A DNA stretch of 64,000 bases, taken from positions 28,024,001 through 28,088,000 of the forward strand of contig NW_027266275.1 in the NCBI RefSeq assembly GCF_022045235.1, given 5' to 3'. Under the pieces are notes generated by a model, which worked only from the letters and a program-made list of their open reading frames with translations, ran no database searches and was not told the origin of the DNA. Every line of letters begins with the position of its first letter. Within the stretch, counting starts at the first letter, position 1. The stretch is from Haliotis cracherodii. Its lineage: Eukaryota. Of the stretch, positions 1 to 14,700 are shown in pieces. The position numbers were made by a program, and so were the translations under genes.

Positions 1-685
1 TGTTACTTGTATGTCAATCAGCTTAACTCATGTGGATGTTACTTGTATGTCAATCAGCTTAACTCATGTGGATAGTACTTGTATGTCAATCAGCTTAACT
101 CATGTGGATGTTACTTGTATGTCAATCAGCTTAACTCATGTGGATGTTACTTGTATGTCAATCAGCTTAACTCATGTGGATGTTACTTGTATGTCGATCA
201 GCTTAACTCATGTGGATGTTACTTGTATGTCGATCAGCTTAACTCATGTGGATGTTACTTGTATGTCGATCAGCTTAACTCATGTGGATGTTACTTGTAT
301 GTCGATCAGCTTAACTCATGTGGATGTTACTTGTATGTCAATCAGCTTAACTCATGTGGATGTTACTTGTATGTCAATCAGCTTAACTCATGTGGATGTT
401 ACTTGTATGTCAATCAGCTTAACTCATGTGGTTGACTTGTATGTCAATCAGCTTAACTCAGGTGGATGTTACTTGTATGTCAATCAGCTTAACTCATGTG
501 GATGTTACTTGTATGTTGATCAGCTTAACTCATGTGGATGTTACTTGTATGTTGATCAGCTTAACTCATGTGGATGTTACTTGTATGTTGATCAGCTTAA
601 CTCATGTGGATGTTACTTGTATGTTGATCAGCTTAACTCATGTGGATGTTACTTGTATGTCAATTCTCATAACTCATGTGGATCT
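1..685. repeat. 36-bp minisatellite (~19 copies), probably within SNX8-like intron 2
   Basis: Unit tgttacttgtatgtcaatcagcttaactcatgtgga repeats from the window edge; it explains the repetitive ORFs 11..772, 79..435 and 426..701. Confidence 0.97.
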
Positions 686-2972
686 CAGGGTGAAAATATG
701 AGACGACACTTCTTGCGGGCCGGGTATTTAATCTGGTATTTCCCCATGACGTTAGGGAGTAGTAACACGTGAACTCAGTATCAGTAACAATTAAAAAAAA
801 TAAAAAATTATACCCTCTACTTCATTACACACAGTGGCGACGAGAAAGAGAATGATGTGGCATTGGGTGACCAAACCGCTTAGGTCACGGTGCACAGGGT
901 TTGTAAATGTGTGACCCATTTGTTTGGGGGATGACTATGGTGATGTGAGGGGTTATCGGGCAAAATAATTTTAGAAGCTGTTTGACCAAAAGTCGAAAAT
1001 ACAACTTTCATTCCATCTTTTTCCAAGAAGGAAATTTGCATGTAAGGCACACATATATCTGTTTAATTTGGCAATATCATGAAATGATCTTGCACTTTTA
1101 TTTCTATGCAGGCTACCCCAATCAAAGACTTAGAGCAGAGACGGGTATTACAGATGGTGTTGCATTAACCAATGGATTTATAAATCTCATCTAAATCACG
1201 TCTAAACATACACATTTACCAACATAAATAAGCATGTCAATAGTTTGTGTGAGTCCTCTTCTGGAATGAACAATTGATTGCCAAAAATTATGTACTATCA
1301 ATCCTTAACAATCGATGTGTGATACGGCCTCTTTGAACTCTAAACAACTAAGCGATATCTATATTAATGACCTACATGGCCTCTATGCCAATCATATCTT
1401 GCTGAAGTTAGGTTTCCACCAGATATTTATAGACTAGCCAACTGTGGACTCGTTGACATATTTCTGTTCCACAATGCAGTCTTCCCGCCACATTGGCGGT
1501 CATTATAGTCAGTCAGTATCAGTACCGGCCTCCACTTGCAAGGTGAGTGTGGCATTTACTGATAACACAACCACTGACAGTCCTAGTTGTATATGCAAAT
1601 ATTCAGTGACTTGAAACGACTGAGATTTATGTTTCTCTTACTTAAACTTAACTTATCTGAGATGTATATACACGTAATATACATTTGCAATATATAAAAA
1701 ATAGCACTAAATAATATAGAATGCAAAATACACAAGAAAGATGAATTCACTCGATTTACAATTGGATGAAATTATTCACATACATAAAGTAAAGTGCTAG
1801 TATGAATAAATTGAAGTAACAAAATGAAATATTACTGGATCTTGTATACCTATATATGTAAAAAAACAATATATATTGTAACATGTAAAGTATTTTGACA
1901 TTTATTCTTGGTGCCATTTTACAAAGAGTTACATGTAATTTGTTGTTGATTTCATGTAAATGAATTAAATCTTTTTACTGGACTTGATCTATTTTCTTTC
2001 ATAAATGAGTATATTAAAATATATATTTCTGCTGAACAGTACCTGTGGTATTCAGGTTCATGCACTGCACTGTCTCTTGTGCAATATATATTGTGTGAGA
2101 TTTAACGCTGTTATGAACAGTATTTCTTTGATATCAGGAGTGGAGAGTTTTCATGTAGCTAAAGTACAAATGATGTGGGAATAATCGCAGTATACTTAAT
2201 TGTTCATCACTGGGAAAATACAAATATGCCTGTGTGCATATCTAAACATTTCTGTTGTAATCTTAAGGAATTTTTAAACAAGCTTCCAGTCACATGACCA
2301 CATTGATATTATTATTGGTCTTACACGGTTGTCATTTCATAAGTATATTTAGCACTACCCATAGGTACTTTTTACTTATAAAGTTTGAGTTCAATTCATA
2401 TTATCGGTAATTGACGACCAAAGTCATCGGCAGATTCACCCTTCATCAGTAAATGCCCAACTTACGGGTTTGCGTTTGAGTGCCGTATTACGAACCCACT
2501 ACATAAAATATACGGCCATATTATATATTGAGGTAATATCCTGAAATCACATTTGGAAACACATCTTCTTATTTGCATAGGGTTTCCCCTTTACCGTATC
2601 AGTAATACCCGCCTCTGCACTATGTTATAACTGCATTATGCAAAGTAAAAAAAACAACTGAAATACTGAAATCGATTCCCTGTTATGACACAACACCACA
2701 GTGATAACATAAATACCATAACTGTCACCTCATTGCAACAAATGAAATGCCCATTTGACATTAAAATCACAAACAGGAAAATTGTCATTTAAATCTTGAT
2801 GCAAGACCAGAGTTCTCTGTGGAAACGCCCACTTTTAAGTGAAAGGGGATCTTATAAACGACAACCCAGTTGACAGGCCGCTATTACTTTTGACAGCTGC
2901 ACAATGCAATAAATACAATCGAAATCTGTTTCGTCACATAAGCATGTATCAATTGCACAACAAAATACACAC

Positions 2973-3243
2973 CTGCATAATTGTTTGTTTGGGCAAACTG
3001 GATTTCACCATCATTTGCACGAATAGTTCGCGGTCGACATGTTCTTGATTTGGACAGACGATCTCATAAACCTCGCGATACAGAGGAGGGACCGACCCTG
3101 AAAATAAAGATAACATTAAAATGGATGATTCTACCAACACAGTGCGTAATTCAGGCTATTGAAAATCCTGACAGCTGATTAGCGCATCAGGTGTGGCTGT
3201 TGTAACACGCCTCCCGCTTACCAGATACAAGGTCGGCCGACAT
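2973..3243 (-). CDS. SNX8: Sorting nexin-8-like, 5' exons (EH-like N-terminus); gene continues off the left edge
   Basis: Exon 1 3243-3222 (ATG..G|gtaagc) and exon 2 3097-2973 (ttttcag|..CAG|gtgtgt) join in phase to give MSADLVSGSVPPLYREVYEIVCPNQEHVDRELFVQMMVKSSLPKQTIMQ. This resembles the N-terminus of invertebrate SNX8-like proteins as I recall it; PX/BAR exons are not in the window. Confidence 0.68.
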
Positions 3244-3729
3244 CTTGAATGGGTCATGTGATCGGTAGAACATAGTCTCAAACCATACTTATTAATTTGA
3301 AAACATTCCCTATTAGGTATAAATCAAAGCTTGTGACATTCATGAGTGACAATGGCCTGCATACAATGACCAAGAATGTATTGAATATATTTTATACTGA
3401 TATGTCTATGTGGGGCAAATCACTTTGGTACGAGGTTAGAGGTTATTTTCATGGTTGTTATGTTTATATCCAAGTAACATTGAATGAAATTATCGAACAG
3501 TTGACATGCCGGGTCATCTTTATTAAAGCGGCCCCGTTAAAGCTGCTTTGGTTATCATAACGACTATCGTTTAAAAAGGTGGTCTGAAAAATAGACAAGT
3601 CGACGTATATGTTGTTGGCGGAACGGGCACCTGCCAGTTTCAGATCGAGAACAAGTCATCTGTAGTCTAGTCTTAGAAACCAGTCCAGACACGAGGATGT
3701 AAGCGTGGAAATCACCGGCCAAAAACATC
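3244..3729. promoter_or_regulatory. Putative bidirectional promoter SNX8-like/IQCE with candidate RFX X-box
   Basis: Divergent ATGs at 3243(-) and 3730(+), 486 bp apart. GTTATCATAACGAC at 3551-3564 fits the X-box pattern GYTRYY-N2-RRHRAC. Confidence 0.55.
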
Positions 3730-5669
3730 ATGTCACGCAAAACACAGGTTAGCATTGCTCTGACATTCTCTTACATGCGCTGACCATGTTGTTATGAATG
3801 CCTATATTTCAACGTTTACATAAGGTTGCAATGCAGTTGGGTATTTTGTTGTGGTACAAGCGTAATTTTATTGGTTTGAGTACTATGACAGTAAATATAG
3901 TAAAGAGACATGTCTGTCACTTTGTGTTATTACTAGTCATTCTAATTAGAACAACTTTTCAGCAAGTTTTATTTTGACTTTTACAAGGAAAGTATGTGTC
4001 CTTTTGATATGTTCAGCTTCAAATCATATTCACCAGGGTCAGGATTTTGTTTAGGCAGAATAGCACTGAGTAGGTTACACGTTATAAGTTAATGCCTTCG
4101 TCATACAAGACGCAGTGGTATAGAGATGACAACCATCTTGTGACATTTCTGATGGTCTGTCAAAACAACAATCTATCATACCCTGGTGCATGCTCCCACT
4201 ATAAGCCACTGGTTTGTTCGAGCCAGATTAGCTCAGAATACATTACTTGACCTAATTACCGTATTTGACATAATAAGGGTGCACAACAATATTTGCTAAT
4301 ATATTGGCTAGTGATCAATCGAAATTAGCACCCCTTCCAATTGATCAATGTACACAAGACTTATTTATTCGTGTATAATATGCACACATGTGTTATAATT
4401 ACAGCACACATGTGTTATATGCACCCTTAGTTATGGGCAATTAAATTCTGGAAAATATATCTGTCGTGTATAATACGCACAGATTCTTCTTTTGTATCAT
4501 TTCTGGCTGTCAGCATAAACCACAAAATTTACAATCTTTCAACTCTGTTTGGTTTTTTTCACCAAAATTATATTCTAATAAGAGCCCCCTATTTCAAATT
4601 TTGTGACTGCCCTGGGCGCTTATTACATTGAATATGGTGCCATGATTACACTTTCAAGAAAGTGCAACCTTCAAATGTGATAGCATTATACTCTATTTGG
4701 CAATTTAACAAGGATTTCTACTTGTAGAGCTACAGGTATGTTTTTTTCAGATTTATATACTTTACATCATAATAACAAATGCTTGACCAAAATTAAATTT
4801 GAAAAACTATCTTGGAAAAATTATATTTGCAACAAAATCGCACGTTATTTGCCCTTTAAAAGTGAAAATGTGTTAGTCCAGAAATCTTACCTTCTGTAAG
4901 ATTACTGCTGGGAAACTATATATATGATTAAAGTGACACGACTCCCATGATTTGTTGACAGGAAATTTTCTAATTCAGACCAGTGTTTGAAATAAGAAAA
5001 GAATTATCAGGACCCACAGACTTTAGAAGCTGCAGGCCCTGACTAAACTTTTTGGGCCTTCATTGAAAAACTGCAGCTTACTGTAATAAATGAATTGACT
5101 CATAAATGTACTGCAGGCCATAAGGACCCATACAAATGTGAAACTACAGGCCCGACACAAGATCTACCTGATACGGGGCTACGGCCAGGCGTTTATTTTG
5201 AACACTGATCATCATGATCATGCTGATCCAGACCCTTGTTTAGATTCCAGTTCAGAACACATGTATCAGGATAGTAAATGAGTTTTTGTTATATGAGCAT
5301 TACTGATCATTGTAAGTGGTTGTATTGCTATCGTAAAACACACTAACTGCTATGATGAGTCTTGACAACTGAACTAGTCCTAGTACCATCTGTCACGTTT
5401 ATGATGGCAGTCAACCAATAATTAGGGCGTGGATCACATCACTTCTGTTTATGGTGAGCTGGCTAATTGGGTGTTAGAGCATTCCGTTTGAAAGGACAAT
5501 ACCAGTGCAATTGATTTGAAAAGGTAATTAGTGATTGCTAATTGCTTATATAATCCTAGCTTATTGGCTTTGTGTTATCTTTGTACATTAATCCTTTCTC
5601 ATTGGCTTTGTCATTATATTATTATCTATGTCCATTCATCCCACCTTGTGTTGTATAAACATATCAATC

Positions 5670-5729
<60 letters not shown>

Positions 5730-8700
5730 CTCTCAGCAATATTCCAGCTATATGACAGCTGTCTGTAAATAATCAAGTTTGGACCAGACAATCCAGTTAT
5801 TGACATCATGAGCATTGATCCACACAATTGGTATACAATGACATGTATCAACCAAGTTCAGTGAGTCTGACCACCCGATCCCGTTAGTTGCCTCTTACGA
5901 CAAGTATGGGTTGCTGAATACCTATTCTGACCCGGATCTCAATGGGTCAATATCTATAATGACACATAGATGTTGCAAATAGAAATTGTGGAGATTAAAA
6001 TAAGATAAAAAAAGTTTCATAATGTTCACTGTACCAAAATCATGTAATATTTGTATGGCATACACTTCCAGGGTTTTACGCGACTCACAGTACGCACAAA
6101 TGTAGAGAATGGAGGCAGAAAGAAATTATGGTGAATCCCTCGGGATGCACAATGATACTAAGTATCAAGAGCTGTTATTAGCATCTGTCATATCACCCAC
6201 CAATCATGACCAGTGTCCACATGATCATTGATTCATTCTAGGTTCTAACGTGATTATGTAATGGACAGTACACTACATCATTTCATTACCATGATTATCC
6301 CTATTGCCTGCAAGGACTCCTAAAATTTATCATTGGGGGTCCCCTGGCCCCACACATTTGTAAGTCAAGGTTATGACCTGACTTTATTTTTTTCTTCAAA
6401 AAATGCCAAACACGTATTATATAAATTTTATTAGCACATTAATCATTTGATATTTGGATATTTGGATGTTTTCCATGTGGTATCTATTAATAATATGTTA
6501 AGCATAATAGTACTCTAAAATAAATGAAAGATACTATCATGATTATGATCAACATGATTTTTTATATTGAACCAAGTGGGGTGGGGGGGTAACTCCAGGT
6601 TTGATGTTATCCCAGTTGGATATGAGCAACCCAGCGCGGAACTAGTCACAGCATGGAGATTGCCCTTAAGTGTTAGCCGGCACCCTTGGTCGCACTATGA
6701 TTAATGATATTCTTTTCTTGTTTAAGAAGTGGTGTGACACTGTGAGTGATTTCCCTTTAATCTCCTATTGTAAGGTGTATTTAACAGTGACATTTTTTTT
6801 TTTGGTAATGTAAGACCTTTGTTATTTATGGGTTAACAGAGTTTCTAAACTGTTTCTTGGGTAGTTCAAACTAAACTGGTTAATATTATATATTATTTGG
6901 CATATTTGGCAGAAGATATTGTTTGGATCAGTCTGCCAAACAGGAAATAAATAATTTAATAAATGTGATCAAAGCTAAAGTATTTTAAATCGTAGTCATC
7001 TGCATAAAGATTAAAGCAACAAGACCATGAAGACAGGTCTTGTAAAGCAATGATAATAGAATTTTCTATGACGAATAATAACTTGTACTGGTAACCGCAG
7101 ATGGTACACAGATACAGCTTATTGTACAGGCTGTATTGTCATGTTGTTTTGTAATTATCAGTCCCCGACCCAAAAAAATTCTGTGGTCAATTTTGATAAA
7201 TTCTGCATCCTAATTTGGGGGGCAGGGGGTGTAGTTGTCTGAGGCGCCGCAATTCACTGTGCAGAGTTGTGTCTCTTATGCAGGCCAGAAATCTATAATA
7301 GTGGGTTCGAATCCCGGTGCGCCTCAGTTATGTTTATGATATTCAGAAGCATTTTGTATTTTGTCTTTGTATTAGGCATGGATGATATGGCAAAACAGAG
7401 AATTTCCACAACTCTGAAACTGTTAGCATGATTAGTTTGTGTGAATTTGACAAACGTCTTGCATCCAACTAGTGACCATTACATCAACTGAAATTTGGAA
7501 TGGCAACTGTGATCACTGGTTATTGTTAAGCTTCTGTGTCTTATCAGTGCTTATTGTCTGATTGTTTAAGTGTCCTTACTCATGTTCATTCAAATAATAC
7601 ATATGGGTCAAATCAACAATTAGTCATCTGGACAGTCAACTAAGGCCCATATTATGGCTGTTACTTGTTGATAGTGTCATGTATTTGTCAAGTATCATAT
7701 AAACGATGTAAATTAATGCTCTCTGTAGTGAAAGTAAGTAAGCGTTCCCTGCCCCAAGGCATCTTGGGATTGTTTGTAATGGCCAACGGACATAGGCGGA
7801 ATTTCTGCACCTGTAATAAACCTATCCTATTCCATCTTGGGTCTGTCAACCTCATACCACCACAGTATTCACCATTTTATCACAAGGACTATACAGTAAA
7901 CGAACAGTTACCATGGTTACAACAAACTCGAAGGGACCACTAATTTTAGTTCGTGATAACCGTAGTTTGTTATAAGCATATATACAGCATATATCATGTA
8001 TATACAACAAATGGTCGGGACTTAATATTAAGTTCGTTATATCGGTGTGTTCGTTATAAACGTAGTTTACTGTACATCTAAGATATGTATGGGCAGTTCA
8101 CCAGGTTGGCTATACATCTTATCAGTGATTTTGCAACTAGTTTCTGTATGTTTTATTCAACAACATGCATCTTTGAGACAAAACTCATAAACAGGATAAG
8201 GTAAATTGATCCCACCTTGCCTACTATGTTACAGTGAACTATTATACACCAACTGAGGCACACTGACGATTGGCAGTTGACAGTGTCAAGTATAATCATG
8301 CTAATGGAAGAATGTTTTCACTACTCATTTCACTATTGATAAGTGTTTGGTGTAACAGTTACTACGAAGTTTTAAGATATGTATTGATATTTTTTGTTTA
8401 GTGTGCCACTGTTATGGCCATGATGGTACTTGTATGGAGAAGTAAAAACCTGTGATCCTTCCATGCATCTGTGTATTGTTCCACCGCTGATTAGCATGGT
8501 TAAAGGTATTTCACATTTTCACTTGTTACAGAAGAATATATAAGTTTTTGTTAAATATCCAATGATTATTTCAGAACCGTTATGATGAGGACTTTGAATA
8601 TGATGAACTTGAGGACACAGAAACTCTGGTATGTATACATGGTATGCCATTCAGAGCTCCAGATAAGCATCGTATTTGCGTAAAATAAACCCCAAACATT

Positions 8701-11700
8701 GCCAAAATACAGAAACGCATGCATTAAATGAAAAACTCAAATGTATAAAAACAGCATGCGTAAATACCCAATGAAGCTTTTTCAGCAAGGGTACAAAGGA
8801 GCTAAGTTCCGAAACACAATTACGAGCTAATTTACTTTCTGAGTCCAGCCTTTATATTTAGAATGGTTATCATGGTTATATACATCTAAAACATTATTTC
8901 ATTTTTTAAATCTTAAAATGTTCACTGTTTTGGGGAAATACCCAAAAGAGTGAAGAATAGATGAGTGAAAAAGTATTGGTTACCCAAAGAAAAATGTAAT
9001 AACCCAATGAAAACAGAAACCCTAGAGTAAAAACTCAATGGCTCAAAAAGTTATCTGGAGCTCTGGGCATGTGAAATATGTATTCCTTGTGACATGAAAC
9101 AGGTTACTGTAAACATGGTAAAGGGACTGCTTGTTAATGTTACTACCATGATTACCAGGTCATTATCCAAATTCTATATGTTCCTTAAGACCACCTCCAT
9201 GGTCTAGTGGAGCGGAAGGTCCGGGAATCAAAACCCGGCGGCATCATACCAAAAGACGTTAAAGTTGGTGCTTCTTGTTACCCTGTCTGGCGCTTGGCGT
9301 TAATGGGCTAAAACAAGGACTAGTTGGCTCGGAGTCGGTATACTGTGTCTGAGTGGGGTATTCATGTTAAACTGCGGCATGGTATCTCAGTGGGCTAGCA
9401 CTATAAAGTAGGCACACACACACACATGCATGTTGCTGTATACATGGTATAAGTGCAATAATCTTAGATGCAAAGTTAAACCCCATTTCAACTCCCCTCA
9501 CCTTATATTTCTTAACTTTGGAGATGTCTCCATGGTCTAGTGGATAGAGCATTTGTCCGGAAATCAGGAGATCGGTGGTTCGATCCCCTGACCGTTTTAT
9601 TCCAAAGCATGTTAACAGATGTTACTTGTTACCTTGTATTTTGGGGATAAAACAATGACTGGCGGGCTGGGAGTTAGTGGTATCTCAGTGGGCTAGCATA
9701 CTAAGACTCACTTAAGTCTGGACCAGAACAAGCTGTTATACACATGCTCCTTCACACTGCTATATAAATGACATTATCTTGAACATGTTGAATGGGATTG
9801 TAAACACCATTTTATCTCATAACTTTTGATATAATAAGATAATATAAAGGGAGATAATCTGTATTTCTTGTGACAATTTCAATAAATTATGTTTCAGATA
9901 TCTAGAAACAAGCCTCCAAGATACAAGTCAGGTATGTGTGTAAAATAAACATTTGGTATATTCTCTTACTATGCTTACCAATATACAAAGTAAAATATGT
10001 TGCTTCACACTGATTGTTTTCAAAGTGGCCACCAGCAGTGTAATGTCCTGGATAATAAAACAGTCTCAGGGCATACAGCATCAATTGTTTTGAGACGGAT
10101 GATTGTAGCTTGTGATGTAGTATCTAGCTCTATGTTAACATGGTTCAAGCAAACAACATGTAATATGTATAGTGACGGTAACGATGTTAAACATCCTGGT
10201 TAATTACAGCTCCTGCTAAGAAAACCAAGAAGACAGGTCGCAGACCAGGTGAGTGTGAAGAATATGTTTGTATAGGCTGCCATGCCACTCTTGTGTCAAT
10301 ATACAAAATAAGATTAATAAATCTTTAATGATTTCTCTGTCATGGCCGGTGGTGATGACAAAAAGAGTGATTACCATCCCCTCAGTATTTTCAAATTTGA
10401 GTGAAATTTACAAAACAATAAATTTGAAGGATTTCTTGTTCCACCTGGCAATAGGGATATTTAGGTTTTTTTATTTTGTATACACGGTAACATTTCAAAA
10501 TTCAGAACTGGATACGAATCATGATCATGATCATAATATTAATCATGATTTCACGATAATATATGATTAAATTCAGATTTGCTGACTGATGGCAACTTGG
10601 ACTTTTTGAACCTGTTGAATAGGTCATTATATCAAAATGAAACTTCTGCACAAATATTTTGTGAATGAATTCGCTAAAGTTTCACTGATTATGAGATCCT
10701 AATTTCCAGGATCTCCAAACAAAGCAAAGCCTAAGCTTGGTAAGGATTTGTGGATGACTGCCATCAAGAAACGACAGACATGTGAGTTTCAGTTGATTCA
10801 ACAATTAATATAGAATTTTATAAAGTTTCANNNNNNNNNNNNNNNNNNNNNNNNNNNNNNNNNNNNNNNNNNNNNNNNNNNNNNNNNNNNNNNNNNNNNN
10901 NNNNNNNNNNNNNNNNNNNNNNNNNNNNNNNNNNNNNNNNNNNNNNNNNNNNNNNNNNNNNNNNNNNNNNNNNNNNNNNNNNNNNNNNNNNNNNNNNNNN
11001 NNNNNNNNNNNNNNNNNNNNNNNNNNNNNNNNNNNNNNNNNNNNNNNNAACGTGCTATTTAACATCACATCAGCATTATTTCAGCCATATAGCGACAGAT
11101 GCTAAACATACTTAATCATTAATCCCATAGTAAATATCAGATACAATATATGCTTAATGTCATAGTTAATACCAGATACTAAGAAGAAATCAAACCAACT
11201 TATAAAATTGTTTTTATGCAACAGAAATTTTTTCATCCACTTAAGAGATTTTTTCACTCCAAAAAGAGCCTACTGCTCCATTGACAAATGGTGAGCAATT
11301 TCAAAATAAATATGATGCTAGTTTGAAAAAAACCTGACTTTGAAGTCAATGTAAATGTATATTCAAAGTGAATGTGTGTGAACAAGGTGATTATAAACAT
11401 GATAAAGGGATTTCCATAGGTGATTTCATAAAATATTATTCAATCTCTAGTGGGAATTGCAAATGGACGCCATCCAGACACCCCTCATCACAAGACTCCA
11501 ATTGAGTTTTGGGTTGACACTCTTCGTAAAACCGGCGTGGGTAAGTATTATTCCATATCTACCACATTCAACTATATGAAGTCTTGACAAAACAAACTGA
11601 TTGCTTAGCAATGTTCTGTATCTTCTGTTCTGGGCACAACAACTCACAACACTGAAGTGACACATTTTTACAACCCTGTCATCATGATTATAGATTCGGG

Positions 11701-14700
11701 GTCGAATAGGTCTTCACCGACCAATGCTTGCCGTAAAGGGCGACTAATGGGATCGGGTGGTCAGACTTGCTGACTTGCTTGATGCATGTCATCATAAACC
11801 AATTGCTGGATCGATGCTCGTGATTTCGATCACTGGATTGCCTGGTCCAGACTCGATGATTTACAGACTGCCGTAAATAATCAAGTCTGAACCAGACAAT
11901 CCAGTGATTGACATCATGAGCATTGATCTACGCAACTGGGATATGCATCAATCAAGTCAGCGAGCCTAACTAACCAATCCTGTTAGTCACCTTTTATGAC
12001 AAGCATGGGTTGCTGCAGACCAATTCTGTACCCGGATCTTCACAGGTCATGACAAGCATGAGGTCTGAAATACTTAGTTTTACCCAAAATCCTTATCATG
12101 CTTATGAAGCATTGAAATGAATAATATTAATCTACTTTTCTTTGATATTTTGTCCTTAGCTTGACTGAGTACTCATGACACTCATAAACAGAGTCGCAAG
12201 TACCCACCCGTGACGGACTAATTCCATGAGTATGATGAGGGATGTGTAGATTATAAAAATTATCCAAGTCGTAAAGTTAGTAGCATTATGTTGTGACTTT
12301 AGTGTCATTACATCCCTGAGCTGGAATTTAGGATATTTGTTGTTATTCATAGTTAGAATGACTTCTGCCATGAATACTAATAATAGTTCTGGAGATAATT
12401 GTTATACTTTTGATACCAGGACATTGGGACTGGTAAGATTTTCAAGAGGTCCATCCTGTTTGTAACCCTGCCAAAACTCAGAAAGGTTCTTGTGGCTTTG
12501 GAGGACTTACTGTTATAGATTTGGATTTTAGGGTTAGGTCAGATCTTATTTTGGTTGGGGACAGGTGATTTTTAATGACTGCATATATTTAAACAAAAGG
12601 AGTGGTTTCCGGTAAATCCAAGTGAGTGAGTGAGTATGGTTTTACGCCGCTTTTAGCAATTTTCCAGCAATATCACAGCGGGGGACACCAGAAATGAGCT
12701 TCACACATTGTACCCATGTCGGGAATCGTATACAGGTCTTCGGCTTTAACCACTAGGCTATCAGACCGCCCAAATCCAAGTGAGAGAGTTTCACGTGTGG
12801 ATGACCCAGCTGTTGACTTGCCCTTGTTTGTGACAGGCATGAGCACAGAGAGTTCAGGAAACGCTATGACAGGTCTGAAGAAGGGCAACGACCTGAACCT
12901 GGCCTACCTCAGCACCAGCCACTACATGCGCCAGATGATGGGGACGGAGAAGCCACGGAGGAACGTGGACGACCCCACAGGTGGGTGATCACTTCAGCTG
13001 TGTCTCTGATAAGTACATGATGGATCTGTTTACAACATTAGACAGTCAGACTTCATTATTCAGACTTAAGATGCATACACAGGATACAGGTAATGTGTAA
13101 AGATAACACATTGCTATTGTTTTGAAGATTGTAAGTGACACACATGCAATGCTATTTGTAATTGCCAACATGGCTCCGAAGAGTTCAGGCACAGAATATA
13201 TGGTTTTCATTCTTTCAAATAATGTAAGAATGATTATGATTGTGGCCTAGTTTTGAGGAGGTGACTCAAAGTGACCCTCTGTTTGCAGCCAAGGCTCATG
13301 CTGGCACCCCAGCATATAAATCCCCAGAAGAATACTATGATGATATCCTGGACTTGAAAAAGGTAGGAGGTGTCTGTTTGGTGCAGATCTATATGATGTT
13401 GACACAAGTAACAGAAGTGGGTTTATTTGGAGCTTTTCAATTTACAAACGCACAAAAACAGATTGAGATGTTTTATTGTAAAATTACTGTGCAGAAAAGG
13501 ATAAATATGAGGTGAACTTAATAAGCCCTGATTATTGTATGAAGACTTTGTGTAAACCTCATGAGGAATATGATTGTTTCCATTGTGACAGCACATCTCC
13601 TCCCTCAGTCAGGACAACTCAACAATGAAGGCAAAAGTGAGACGTCTGGAAGAAGACAATATTAAAAAGGTATCAGTTTGGTCAAGATAACGACATGTTT
13701 TTGTTGTTGAAATGAAAAATCAAACTTTGAAGGTGGTTAGATTTGAATGTTTCTTAAAGAAATGTCATATCTGGTCAAATACAAACCTGTAAACTAGTGT
13801 TACAGCTAACCAGCTATTTTCTATTGATCATGTGATGTTGGTTTGTATACTTCCAGGAGAAGGAGATTGATGGCCTACTACACCCAGAAAAGGTGAGATT
13901 TTGTGGAATTGTATTTCATATGTATACAATTATTACGTTAATTCTTTTCTGAACTTCATAAGCTATTATTAGGATTTAGGAAATACATTTTGCTTACCAT
14001 CAAGATAAGTCCCTAGGACAAGCTGAACATGTCACAAAAACAAAGCAGATACTCATTCACATAAGAAAGGTTTATTATTATGACATCATCTGTGTCTTCT
14101 TGATGATTGGTTGTTTGTGTGACAGAATGAGGAGCTGCGATGGACGATGGGAGATAGAAAACCCGACACTGGTGCAGTCATACACAGCCTTAAGCAGAAG
14201 ATCCTCAAGCTAGAGATGCAGCTCCGAGACAAGGAAGCCTCATATGTGTAAGTGATGATATACAGCGTGTTGTCATGGCAACAAGGAAGCCTCATATGTG
14301 TAAGTGATCATATACAGTGTGTTGTCATGGCAACAAGAAAGCCTCATGTGTAAGTGATCAAATATAGTGTGTTGTCATGGCAACAAGGAAGCCTCATATG
14401 TGTAAGTGATGATATACATGTACTGTCGTTCCCGAGGAGGTAGGCTCGTAAGGGTGCATAATGATATGCAGTGTGTTGTCATTGCAACAGTGAAGGCTCA
14501 TAAGATAAGGGATGATATACTTTGTGTTGTCATGGCAACAAGGAAGGCTTATGACGATTAGTAATGATACGCAGTGTGTTGTCATAGCAACAATGAAGGC
14601 TCCCATGTGCAACTAAGGATTTGCAGTGCATTGTCTCAGACATGGTTTTATGTATAACATATGAAGACATTAATTAAGCATCATGGAATGAGTTTCATGA

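Noticed and set aside
1-772. 253-aa repetitive ORF and a CRISPR-like 36-bp periodicity
   Set aside because: Units are contiguous with no unique spacers, there are no cas genes and the context is eukaryotic. The ORF is open only because the unit is 36 bp.
690-810. GC-richer segment with an A-rich end as an SNX8 exon or retrocopy
   Set aside because: No frame continues the SNX8-like peptide and there are no convincing splice sites.
10805-11068. ORF containing a run of X
   Set aside because: Artefact of the N gap.
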